Of a stretch of 35,447 bases of DNA, positions 7,853 through 15,964 are shown piece by piece. The notes beneath the pieces were generated by a model that ran no database searches, was not told the origin of the DNA, and was given only the letters and a program-made list of their open reading frames with translations. The stretch is from Chloroflexia bacterium (GTDB lineage Bacteria; Chloroflexota; Chloroflexia; QHBQ01; JADMIH01): NCBI GenBank assembly GCA_035710025.1, contig DASTEB010000441.1:1-35447 (forward strand). The letters run 5' to 3'. Each line of letters opens with the position of its first letter. Positions within the stretch are counted from its first letter, which is position 1. Made by a program: the position numbers and the translations under genes.

Positions 7853-8890
7853 ATGGCTGCACCTAACGCACCCGCGGGCACATACCGCGCGCCGGACACC
7901 GGACCGCTGCCGGGCGCCGCCCCAACCACAAGGATCGAGCTGCGAGGCGTCTCCAAGAGCTTCGACGGCGACCCGGTCGTGCGCGACCTCACCTTCGAGG
8001 TAATGCAGGGCGAGATCTTCGGGTTCATCGGGCCGAGCGGCTCGGGCAAGACCACCACCATCCGCCTGATCACGGGCGTGTATCACCCCACCGAGGGCAC
8101 CGTGCGCCTGATGGGCGCCGACCCGACCCACACCTCTCGCCAGGTGCAGGAGCGGTTCGGCTACATGCCCCAGCACTTCGTCCTCTACCCCACTTTGACC
8201 GTGCGCGAGAACCTCTACTTCTCAGCCGCGCTGTACGGCATGGGCGTGGTCGAGAGGCGCAGGCGCGTCGACCAACTTCTCAAGTTCGTGGAACTGTGGG
8301 ACGCGCGCAACAAGGTCACCGTGAACATCTCGGGCGGCATGCAGCGGCGCGTACAGTTGGCCGCATCGTTGCTGCACGACCCGCCGCTCCTCTTCACCGA
8401 CGAACCGACGGCCGGAATAGACCCCGTGCTGCGGGGCAAGTTCTGGGAGGAGTTTCGCCGCCTGCGCGACCAGGGCCGCACGATCTTCGTGACGACCCAG
8501 TACGTGGGCGAGAGCGAATACTGCGACCGGATCGGGGTCATCCGCGAGGGGCGCATCATCGCGCTCGACACGCCCATGAACCTGCGGCGAATCGCCATGG
8601 GCGGCGACGTGGTGGATGTCGAGTCTGACCAGTTCAGCCCTGCCGCCATCTACAGCATCTCCAGGTTGCCGTTCGTACAACACGTGCAGCCCGTCACGCA
8701 TCGAGAGATCCGCGTGCATGTGCAGGAGGCAGGCGCGGCGGTGCCGCTTCTGCTCGATGCAATGAACGACAATCAGTGCGAGGTCCAGCGCATCGAGGAG
8801 TACCGGCCGAGCTTTGACGAGGTCTTCATCGAACTAATGAAGCGGGACGAAGCAGCAAACCCGGCGCCGGAGGGCGCTCAGAATGCGTAA
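7853..8890 (+). CDS. ABC transporter ATP-binding protein (ABC-2/DrrA-like) with C-terminal accessory domain
   Basis: Walker A GPSGSGKTT, Q-loop GYMPQ, signature ISGGMQRRV, Walker B LLFTDEPTAGID. The H-loop position reads TTQY (Gln, not His). Starts 8 nt after the PRC gene stop. Confidence 0.9.
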   Translation: MAAPNAPAGTYRAPDTGPLPGAAPTTRIELRGVSKSFDGDPVVRDLTFEVMQGEIFGFIGPSGSGKTTTIRLITGVYHPTEGTVRLMGADPTHTSRQVQERFGYMPQHFVLYPTLTVRENLYFSAALYGMGVVERRRRVDQLLKFVELWDARNKVTVNISGGMQRRVQLAASLLHDPPLLFTDEPTAGIDPVLRGKFWEEFRRLRDQGRTIFVTTQYVGESEYCDRIGVIREGRIIALDTPMNLRRIAMGGDVVDVESDQFSPAAIYSISRLPFVQHVQPVTHREIRVHVQEAGAAVPLLLDAMNDNQCEVQRIEEYRPSFDEVFIELMKRDEAANPAPEGAQNA

Positions 8891-10427
8891 CCTGTTCAAG
8901 CCCTTTGTCCGAGCGGCAGCGTTCATCGGCAAAGAGGTCAACGAGGTCAGGCGGCAGCCGAGGCTGGTCCTGTTCCTCATTCTCGGCCCGTTCCTGATTC
9001 TCCTGCTGTTCGGCATCGGCTATCAGGGCGAGGCGAGCACCCTGTCTGGAATCGTGGTCGTGCCGCAGAACGGGGAGTACTCGGAGGACATCCAGGACTA
9101 CCAGCGGCTCGTGGGCAGCCAATTGCAGCTGATCGAGCTAACATCCGATTTGGACCGCGCTCTCACGGCGCTACGCCAGGGAAACGTGGACGTCGTAGTT
9201 GAGGTGCCGGCGAACATCAGCAGGCAGATCTCAAGCGGCTCCCAGGTGGTTCTGCCTATCTACTTCAACGAGGTAGACCCGCTGCGGCGCGACTGGATCA
9301 TCTATCTCACTCTCATCTACGCCAGCGAGATCAACAAGCAGACTCTAGCAGCTGCAGCAGAGCAAGGGCAGCAGGAAGCAGGCGACGTGCGGTCGGGGCT
9401 GGCGCGCATTCGCCGCTCTCTCGACGCGGTCGATGCGAACCTCGCGCGGGGTGACGTGAACGCTGCGCGGCAGGAGGCAGGAAACGCACAGGGCAGCACC
9501 ACGAACGTGGTAATCGCGCTGGCGATCATGGCGCAGCTTGTGGCCGCCGACACGCCAATCAGCCCGGCGCAGCCGCAGGACCCCGAGACCGCCAATCTTG
9601 CCGAGAGCGGCCAGGTAACGCAGCGGCTCACAACCGACGTGCAGGCGCTGAACGACGAGCTGGCGCAGGACGACCCCGATCCCGAGCGCGTGCGCGAGCG
9701 CCTGGCGCGTGTGCGCGAGGACGTAGACACGCTCGATCGGCTGACCCAGCAGTTCCAGAGCATCAACCCGATCGTGCTGGCGGCTCCCTTCTATGCCGAA
9801 GCGCGCAACACCGCCCCGCTCACCCCGGGCTTCACTTCTTTCTACGCGCCGGGCGTGCTCGTGTTGCTGCTGCAGCACATAGCGGTCACGTTGGGCGCCC
9901 TCTCGATGGTGCGCGAGCGCCTTCTGGGCACCGTCGAGATCTTCCGCGTGGCACCCGTGCGGCCCGGAGAGATTCTTGCGGGCAAGTATGTCAGCTTCAC
10001 CGTCCAGCTCATGGTGATCGCGGGCATCTTGTTGCTGATGATGAGCAACCCGTTCTCCGTGAACGGGTTCGGCCTGAGCCTCGGCGTGCCCATCCTGGGC
10101 GACTACTTGCTGCTCGCGCTCACGCTGCTGCTGGTGATATTCGCCTCGGTCGGCATGGGCTTCTTCATCGCCGCGGTGTCGAAGTCGGAGAGCCAGGCAG
10201 TCCAGCTTTCGATGCTGGTGCTGCTCGGCTCTGTTTTCTTCAGCGGGTTCTTCCTGCGGCTGGAGACGATCTGGGAGCCTGTGCGTGCGGTGTCGTACTC
10301 GCTGCCGGTGACCTACGGTATCTCGGCGCTGCAGGTGATCATGCTCCGAGGCGGGGTACCGCAGTGGTGGATCCTGACGGGGCTTGCGGGGCTAGGTGTG
10401 GCCTTGGCCCTCCTCAGCTTCTGGTAG
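8883..10427 (+). CDS. ABC-2 type transporter permease with large extracytoplasmic helical insert (YhgE/Pip-like architecture)
   Basis: ATG overlaps the ATPase stop (ATGCGTAA). N-terminal TM (LVLFLILGPFLILLLFGIG), a roughly 300-aa soluble, coiled-coil-like region, then 5 C-terminal TM helices typical of ABC-2 permeases. Confidence 0.85.
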   Translation: MRNLFKPFVRAAAFIGKEVNEVRRQPRLVLFLILGPFLILLLFGIGYQGEASTLSGIVVVPQNGEYSEDIQDYQRLVGSQLQLIELTSDLDRALTALRQGNVDVVVEVPANISRQISSGSQVVLPIYFNEVDPLRRDWIIYLTLIYASEINKQTLAAAAEQGQQEAGDVRSGLARIRRSLDAVDANLARGDVNAARQEAGNAQGSTTNVVIALAIMAQLVAADTPISPAQPQDPETANLAESGQVTQRLTTDVQALNDELAQDDPDPERVRERLARVREDVDTLDRLTQQFQSINPIVLAAPFYAEARNTAPLTPGFTSFYAPGVLVLLLQHIAVTLGALSMVRERLLGTVEIFRVAPVRPGEILAGKYVSFTVQLMVIAGILLLMMSNPFSVNGFGLSLGVPILGDYLLLALTLLLVIFASVGMGFFIAAVSKSESQAVQLSMLVLLGSVFFSGFFLRLETIWEPVRAVSYSLPVTYGISALQVIMLRGGVPQWWILTGLAGLGVALALLSFW

Positions 10428-10469
10428 TTCAGCCGCGAGATCCGCAAGGACTAGTCAGCCGGGATGTAG

Positions 10470-10499
10470 AAGGCCGCTCCCTCGTGGGGGCGGCCTTTT
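10470..10499 (+). terminator. rho-independent terminator of the M20 / PRC / ABC operon
   Basis: AAGGCCGCTCCC / GGGGGCGGCCTT stem (10470..10497: 8 perfect bp plus C-G and G-U pairs, 4-nt loop TCGT) running into TTTT (10496..10499). Lies between convergent genes. Confidence 0.7.
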
Positions 10500-10523
10500 C
10501 AGTGTGCGCGAAAGGAAAGCGGC

Positions 10524-11552
10524 TTACGGTGGCGGGATCGGCGCCAGGAAATCGCCTGAGCACCAGCCGGATTTGGCGGGGTCGTTCGGATCGAACTGGT
10601 CGATGCGCCACCACATGATCCCTCCGGCCTCCTGCGGTCCCTCGACGATATGGACCCGCGAGCCGTCAGGGAGACGCCCCACCCGGCCCGCCTGCCTGGA
10701 AGGCTCGGCGCGCACGATGAGCGCCGACCCCGTCCCCGTTACCTGTGCCCAGCCGTTTGGCGCGAGCCGGTCGGTTGGGACGGGCGGCGTCGGCACCTGG
10801 GTAGGCTGAGGCGGTACTGTGGCCGTAGGGTCGCCGAATCCGGTCGGCGTTGGCATCACCGCCGCGACTGTCGGCGTGGGCAGTGGCTTCGTCCCCAGCC
10901 AGTCACCCCGAACGGCGAACATGGCGGCGATGATCACGAGCACGAGCGCCAGCCCGGCCCCGATCATGTAGAGCCGGTAAAGGGGCTGGCCGAAAACCAC
11001 TCGCTGCGATGCTGTGCGCGCCCGCTTGATTCGCTCGGCGGTTGTAGTGGCAATCTGGTCGTCTGGCCCCGCGACTTCCTCAAGTTCCAGCGTCGCGTTC
11101 TCGTCCTCAAGCTCTTCGGCCGGTAAGGTCGGCGGCACCAGGGAAAGCGACGGCCGCTCCGCCCCGTTGGGTTCCACCGCAGGCTCGGCCGCCGAGCGTT
11201 TGGTCGAGCGTTGTGCGGCGCGCTGTCCGACGGCCGCCATTCCCCCGGCGGGCGTGTTGCCGGTGACGGTAATGCGGCGGCCGCGCGCATCCATAGTCTC
11301 GACAGGTATGGACGGAGCGATGCGGGGTTTCGGCGAGCGGGGCTGAGGTCCCGCGGGCTGCGCCGGACCGGTCATCGGCTCCCAGTAGTCGATGAACGTG
11401 CGGTTACAGGCGAGGCTATCGGCTTCGACGAGATGGTTGGTGTTGCGGTCGTACAACAGCGGATTGCGACACCACCCCTTCCTCCAGAGAGGAGACGGTT
11501 GGTAGTGCTTGCACGTGCTGCACTTGCGCTCCCTGTTGCGCGCCGGGTTCAT
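10524..11552 (-). CDS. membrane protein: N-terminal Cys4 (zinc-ribbon-like) module, disordered linker, one TM, Pro/Thr linker, C-terminal SH3b domain
   Basis: 342-aa ORF. CSTCKHY...GWCRNP...LACN (4 Cys in the first 50 aa). TM LYMIGAGLALVLVIIAAMFAV. C-terminus NGWAQVTGTGSALIVRAEPSRQAGRVGRLPDGSRVHIVEGPQEAGGIMWWRI is bacterial-SH3-like. Confidence 0.7.
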   Translation of the reverse strand: MNPARNRERKCSTCKHYQPSPLWRKGWCRNPLLYDRNTNHLVEADSLACNRTFIDYWEPMTGPAQPAGPQPRSPKPRIAPSIPVETMDARGRRITVTGNTPAGGMAAVGQRAAQRSTKRSAAEPAVEPNGAERPSLSLVPPTLPAEELEDENATLELEEVAGPDDQIATTTAERIKRARTASQRVVFGQPLYRLYMIGAGLALVLVIIAAMFAVRGDWLGTKPLPTPTVAAVMPTPTGFGDPTATVPPQPTQVPTPPVPTDRLAPNGWAQVTGTGSALIVRAEPSRQAGRVGRLPDGSRVHIVEGPQEAGGIMWWRIDQFDPNDPAKSGWCSGDFLAPIPPP

Positions 11553-11599
11553 GGCACACCATCCTCAAGGGTAGCTGCGGGTATTGCCATATCGCGCCA

Positions 11600-11628
11600 A
11601 CTATAACATCAATACATTAGACCGTCAA
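11600..11628 (-). promoter_or_regulatory. strong sigma70-type promoter TTGACG-17-TGtTATAGT for the SH3b gene
   Basis: Minus strand: TTGACG (11628..11623), 17-nt spacer, TG-extended TATAGT (11605..11600). GAGGA SD before ATG 11552. Confidence 0.6.
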
Positions 11629-11664
11629 CCGCGTGGCAGCGTGGCGTCGTGCGCACGGGAGCAA

Positions 11665-11690
11665 CGGCGTTGCGCTCTTAGCCAACGCCG
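11665..11690 (-). terminator. possible terminator hairpin after the TrxR-like gene (no clear U-tract)
   Basis: CGGCGTTG (11665..11672) pairs with CAACGCCG (11683..11690), 10-nt loop, 4 nt past the stop codon. The downstream sequence is only weakly T-rich. Confidence 0.3.
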
Positions 11691-11693
11691 CGC

Positions 11694-12638
11694 TCATTCT
11701 TTCTGCCAATCCTCATACAGGTAGTAATTGGCTGCCGCCGCTGCCATCCCACCCTCGTGGACAGCGCTGCTGATCTGGTGATTGTTGATCTTGGTGAGGT
11801 CACCAGCCGCGTAAACGCCGTCAAAGTTGGTGCATTGCTCGACGTCGGTCACAACGAATCCGTGTTCGTCGACGTGCAATTCAAGCTGTTTAGCCAATTG
11901 CGTATTTGGTTCCATGTATTGGGCCACGAACACGCTGTCAAGCTCAAGCACCGTGCCGTTGTCCAACGCGATCGAGTGCAGTTTCCCCTCGCCTGGCGCG
12001 CACCGGAAATCGGCGCACCTGGCGTCGTAGACCTTGACCCCGTGCTCCTCCAGCCACCTCATGCGGTAAAGCTCGACCGTGAACGGCCCGTCCCAGGAAA
12101 CCAGGGTGACGTGCGGCGTGAACACCAGCAGCTGGAGCGCGAGGCTGGCCGCGCGGTCCCCGTGGCCGAGCACAACGACGCGCTTGCCTATCGTCTCGTA
12201 CCCGTCGCAGATGATGCACCAGAACATCGAGCGCCCGATACACTCGTCGCTGCCATCGAACTCGGGGAAGTGGTCGTCCACCCCGGTTGCAAGGATTAGA
12301 GTTCGCGCCACCACGTTGCCCGCGGTAGTGCCAAGGTAGAAGCGGCGATCCCTGTCCTCCCCTTCCGCCCGCACCGACTCAGCGCGGCCCCGCACGAACT
12401 GCACGCCGTACCTCTCACACTGCTCGCGGCCGATCTCCCGCAACTTGCTGGCGTGAATACCGTTCACGAATCCCAGGTAATTGCGGTTGATCTGGTGCCA
12501 GGTCGAGCGCCCTTCCTTGTCGTCAATTACCACGACCCGGCGGCGCATCCGCCCCAGGTACAGGGCCGCCGAAAGCCCTGCGGGCCCCGCGCCGACCACG
12601 GCGCAGTCGTAATGCTCCACGGTCTCTTTGTGGTCCAT
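11694..12638 (-). CDS. thioredoxin-reductase-like FAD-dependent pyridine-nucleotide-disulfide oxidoreductase (CxxC retained, NADPH HRR motif absent)
   Basis: ATG 12638 with GAGGAGGAGA SD; the longer track ORF to 12728 would swallow the pntB terminator hairpin. Motifs: DCAVVGAGPAGLSAALY (FAD GxGxxG), WCIICDG (cf. TrxR CATCDG), VVVLGHGDRAASLA, GVYAAGD. Confidence 0.85.
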   Translation of the reverse strand: MDHKETVEHYDCAVVGAGPAGLSAALYLGRMRRRVVVIDDKEGRSTWHQINRNYLGFVNGIHASKLREIGREQCERYGVQFVRGRAESVRAEGEDRDRRFYLGTTAGNVVARTLILATGVDDHFPEFDGSDECIGRSMFWCIICDGYETIGKRVVVLGHGDRAASLALQLLVFTPHVTLVSWDGPFTVELYRMRWLEEHGVKVYDARCADFRCAPGEGKLHSIALDNGTVLELDSVFVAQYMEPNTQLAKQLELHVDEHGFVVTDVEQCTNFDGVYAAGDLTKINNHQISSAVHEGGMAAAAANYYLYEDWQKE

Positions 12639-12700
12639 TCTCTCCTCCTCGTTGTCCGGCGCTCCGGCGCCGCCACAGGGTGCACCAATGACAATAACAC

Positions 12701-12729
12701 AATGGGGGCCGGTGTGTCCGGTCCCCATT
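12701..12729 (-). terminator. terminator hairpin downstream of pntB
   Basis: 12-bp stem AATGGGGGCCGG / CCGGTCCCCATT (one G-U) with 5-nt loop. On the minus strand it is followed by GTGTTATTGTCATT. Confidence 0.55.
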
Positions 12730-12771
12730 GCGCCTGGATTCCCGATGTATGAGTGTGAGGCTCGCGCGGGT

Positions 12772-14190
12772 CTACAGGTTCTTCACAGCGGCGAACAACG
12801 CCTCGGCCACGTCTTTCGCGTCGCCGAACAGCATGGCCGTCTTCGGCTCGTAGAACAGGTCGTTATCGATGCCCGCGAAGCCCGAGCGCATCGAGCGCTT
12901 CATAACGATAACGTTCTGCGATTTGTCGACGTCGATGATCGGCATGCCGTAGATCGGGCTTTTGGGGTCGGAGCGAGCGGCGGGGTTGACCACGTCGTTC
13001 GCACCAATTACCAGCGACACGTCGGTGCGCGCCATCTCGGGGTTGATCTGCTCCATCTCGTACAGCTGGCTGTAAGGCACGTCGGCCTCGGCCAGAAGCA
13101 CGTTCATGTGGCCGGGCATGCGGCCGGCAACCGGGTGGATGCCGTATTTGACGGTCACGCCGCGGTCTTCAAGCAGCCTGGCAAGCTCTTGCACCGCGTT
13201 CTGAGCGCGGGCAACTGCCATACCGTAGCCGGGCACGATCACCACCTGGTTAGCGTACGCTAGCAGCGTGGCCGCGTCGTCCACCGTTAGCTCGCGGATC
13301 GACTTGCCCTCCGCACCTGCCCCCGCCACCTCGACGCTACCGGCCGAGCCGAACGCCCCGAAGATGATGTTCGCGACGGAGCGGTTCATCGCCTTCGCCA
13401 TGAGCAGCGTGAGCAGCATACCCGAAGCGCCAACCAGCGCACCCGCGATGACCAGCACGTTACTTCGCAGCACGAAACCGGTGAACGCCGCCGCCAGGCC
13501 CGTAAACGAGTTGAGCAGCGATATAACCACCGGCATGTCCGCGCCGCCGATGGGCATCGTGAGCGCGACACCGAGCGCGCCGGCCAGGACTGCCATGCCA
13601 AGCAACATCCACTGCGTCTCGGGGTTGGCGGGGAACATGATCAAGTACACGCCGAGCGCGACGATGGCGAGGCCAATCACCAGGTTTACCACCTGCTGGC
13701 CGGTGTAGGTAACAGGGCGTGCGCTGATGAAGCCCTGCAGCTTGCCCAGCGCGATGAACGAGCCGAACAGCGACACGCCGCCGATCACCACGCCCAGCAC
13801 TGTCGCAAGGGTGAAGTCGAACGAGACGGTATCTCCCGCGTTGATACGCTCGAGGAACTCAGAGGCCGAGGTCAATGCGGCCGCACCGCCGCCCATGCCG
13901 TTGAACAGCGCCACCATCTGGGGCATAGCCGTCATTTGCACGGTGCGCGCCAGGTACCAGCCGATGCCGCCGCCGATAACAGCGCCGATGAGGATCAGCC
14001 AGAGGTTCTCGATTGCGATCCGCCGGTCGAAGAATGTGGCGATTACGGCGATTGCCATACCGACCATGGCGGTCTGATTGCCCGAGCGCGCTGTGCGCGG
14101 GTGGCTCAGGCGCTTCAAGCTGATGATGAAGGTAATAGCTGCAACGAGGTAGGCAAACTCAATTATCAGGGGTGGAACGTTGAGACCCAT
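12772..14190 (-). CDS. pntB: NAD(P) transhydrogenase subunit beta
   Basis: 472-aa ORF. About 9 TM helices, then the dIII NADP(H) domain: IVPGYGMAVA.AQ, GIHPVAGRMPGHMNVLLAEA, IGANDVVNP, PIYGMP. Confidence 0.95.
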   Translation of the reverse strand: MGLNVPPLIIEFAYLVAAITFIISLKRLSHPRTARSGNQTAMVGMAIAVIATFFDRRIAIENLWLILIGAVIGGGIGWYLARTVQMTAMPQMVALFNGMGGGAAALTSASEFLERINAGDTVSFDFTLATVLGVVIGGVSLFGSFIALGKLQGFISARPVTYTGQQVVNLVIGLAIVALGVYLIMFPANPETQWMLLGMAVLAGALGVALTMPIGGADMPVVISLLNSFTGLAAAFTGFVLRSNVLVIAGALVGASGMLLTLLMAKAMNRSVANIIFGAFGSAGSVEVAGAGAEGKSIRELTVDDAATLLAYANQVVIVPGYGMAVARAQNAVQELARLLEDRGVTVKYGIHPVAGRMPGHMNVLLAEADVPYSQLYEMEQINPEMARTDVSLVIGANDVVNPAARSDPKSPIYGMPIIDVDKSQNVIVMKRSMRSGFAGIDNDLFYEPKTAMLFGDAKDVAEALFAAVKNL

Positions 14191-14194
14191 TGCG

Positions 14195-14575
14195 CTACTC
14201 CTTGGCCTTCGGCGGTTGCGGCTTGCGGCCGAACATCTGCAGCATCCTGTCGGTCACGACGAAGCCGCCTACCACGTTGCCTGCTCCAAACACCACGCCG
14301 ATAAAACCGAGGATGAGCAGCAGGACGTTGCCTGACGCCGCGCCGAGCACGATCATCGCGCCAACCAGGATGATACCGTGGATGGCGTTGGTGCCGGACA
14401 TCAGAGGTGTGTGCAGCGTGGTCGGTACCCGCGAGATCAGCTCGACCCCGAGGAACACCGACAAGATGAACACAACGATAATCATGAAAAGGATGGGTGG
14501 CTCCCATCCGGCCTCGGCAGCTTCTTGCGCCTTGGCCGTGTTTGCCAGCACCCCACCTATGAAGGGGCCGAGCAT
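14195..14575 (-). CDS. pntAB: NAD(P) transhydrogenase subunit alpha part 2 (membrane dII piece)
   Basis: 126-aa hydrophobic ORF. Its ATG overlaps the pntAA stop (TAATG). HTPLMSGTNAIHGI motif. Sits between pntAA and pntB as in split three-gene transhydrogenases. Confidence 0.85.
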   Translation of the reverse strand: MLGPFIGGVLANTAKAQEAAEAGWEPPILFMIIVVFILSVFLGVELISRVPTTLHTPLMSGTNAIHGIILVGAMIVLGAASGNVLLLILGFIGVVFGAGNVVGGFVVTDRMLQMFGRKPQPPKAKE

Positions 14576-15744
14576 TACGCTGTACTCCTTTCGAGCGCGG
14601 GCCCCATCGCGGCCTTCACGCCCTGGTGAACCACCTCTCCGTCGTGCGTGATGACCGTGCCCGCGACTATGTCGTCCTCCATGTTCAGATCAAACTGCCC
14701 GTCCTTGAGCATTAGCGCGAGAAGGTTGAACATGTTCTTCGAGTAGAGCTGGCTCGCGTGCACCGGCATGCTTGCGGGCACGTTGAGCGGACCGATAATG
14801 CGCACGTTATGGCGCATGATGTCGCCGCCCGCCTCGGTCAGCTCGCAGTTGCCGCCGTTTTCGGCCGCGAGGTCCACAATCACTGACCCGGGCTTCATGT
14901 CACGCACCATATCCTCGGTGACAAGCACAGGTGCGGGCTTGCCGGGGATGAGAGCTGTGGTAATAACCACGTCCGAGTCCTTCACGTGCTTGTGAAGCAT
15001 CTCGACCTCGCGCTTGTGGGCCTCTTCCGATAGCTGGGTGGCGTAGCCGCCCGCGGTCTCGGTCTTCTCCTCGATCGGCATCTCGACGAACTTCGCGCCG
15101 AGGCTCTCAACCTGCTCCTTCACGGCCGGTCGCACGTCGAACGCCTCGACCACAGCGCCAAGGCGGCGTGCGGTTGAGATCGCCATTAGGCCCGCGACGC
15201 CCGCGCCCAGCACGAACACTCGGGCGGGAGGCACCGTGCCGGCAGCCGTCATAAGCAGAGGGAAGAACCTGCCCATAGAGCCGGCTGCGATCAACACCGA
15301 CTTGTAGCCCGCGATGGTGCTCATGGAGGACAGCGCGTCCATGCTCTGGGCGCGGGTGGTGCGAGGGATCGCGTCCATGCTGAAGCTGGTGATCTTGCCG
15401 TCTGCGAGGCGCTGCACGATCTCGTGGTTCACCAGCGGCTGGAAAAAGGTGATCAGCACCGAGCCGGGCTTCATCAGCGCGACTTCGTGCTTGCCAAGCG
15501 CGTCGTTCATGACCGGGCGCTGCACCTTGCAAATCATGTCGCTCTGCGAGTAGAGCGTTGCGGCGTCCGGGACAATGGTCGCTCCTGCCTTCTCATAGGC
15601 TTGATCCAGGAAGGAAGCGGCAAGGCCCGCCCCACTCTCCACCAACACCTCTGCGCCCTTCTTGATGAGTTGCGCGACGGTGTCAGGAATGAGCGCGACG
15701 CGAGTTTCGCCCGGAATAATCTCTTTTGGGACGCCTAATTTCAT
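14575..15744 (-). CDS. pntAA: NAD(P) transhydrogenase subunit alpha part 1 (dI, alanine-dehydrogenase-like)
   Basis: 389-aa ORF. MKLGVPKEI..GE.RVAL, AQSMDALSSM, VFVLGAGVAGLMAI Rossmann motif. GGAGGGA SD. Confidence 0.95.
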   Translation of the reverse strand: MKLGVPKEIIPGETRVALIPDTVAQLIKKGAEVLVESGAGLAASFLDQAYEKAGATIVPDAATLYSQSDMICKVQRPVMNDALGKHEVALMKPGSVLITFFQPLVNHEIVQRLADGKITSFSMDAIPRTTRAQSMDALSSMSTIAGYKSVLIAAGSMGRFFPLLMTAAGTVPPARVFVLGAGVAGLMAISTARRLGAVVEAFDVRPAVKEQVESLGAKFVEMPIEEKTETAGGYATQLSEEAHKREVEMLHKHVKDSDVVITTALIPGKPAPVLVTEDMVRDMKPGSVIVDLAAENGGNCELTEAGGDIMRHNVRIIGPLNVPASMPVHASQLYSKNMFNLLALMLKDGQFDLNMEDDIVAGTVITHDGEVVHQGVKAAMGPALERSTA

Positions 15745-15779
15745 TAGTCCCTCCTTGAGGTATCAGGGTACCACCTAAT

Positions 15780-15809
15780 ATTGTACTAACAAATGGATAA
15801 CGAGTCTAA
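15780..15809 (-). promoter_or_regulatory. candidate promoter TTAGAC-18-TACAAT for pntAA-pntAB-pntB
   Basis: Minus strand: TTAGAC (15809..15804), 18-nt spacer, TACAAT (15785..15780). Lies in an AT-richer gap just downstream of the mdh terminator. Confidence 0.5.
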
Positions 15810-15851
15810 TGCTGGCCGGTAGTTAAAGGTTGCAGTTTGGTGACAATTCGG

Positions 15852-15886
15852 TGAAAACAGCAGGGGCGGCCCCGAAAGGCCACCCC
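15852..15886 (-). terminator. rho-independent terminator after mdh
   Basis: Stem 15863..15871 / 15878..15886 (GGGGCGGCC / GGCCACCCC, one mismatch, 6-nt loop). On the minus strand it is followed by CTGTTTTCAC (15860..15851). Confidence 0.6.
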
Positions 15887-15964
15887 CGCGCTGCCCCGTT
15901 GCAACCGGGTTGTCGTGTACTGTTGTGCCGGGCGGCCAATTCACGTCCGCCCTTCCTTGTCACT

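Noticed and set aside
12639-12728. 5' extension of the TrxR-like ORF (MGTGHTGPHCVIVIGAPCGG...), which superficially resembles a second GxGxxG
   Set aside because: The extension contains the 12-bp terminator hairpin of pntB (12701..12729). ATG 12638 has a strong GAGGAGG SD and gives the canonical N-terminal FAD motif spacing.
14715-14735. GAACATGTTC palindrome, checked as another LexA-type box
   Set aside because: The spacing is N2, not N4, and it lies inside the pntAA coding sequence.
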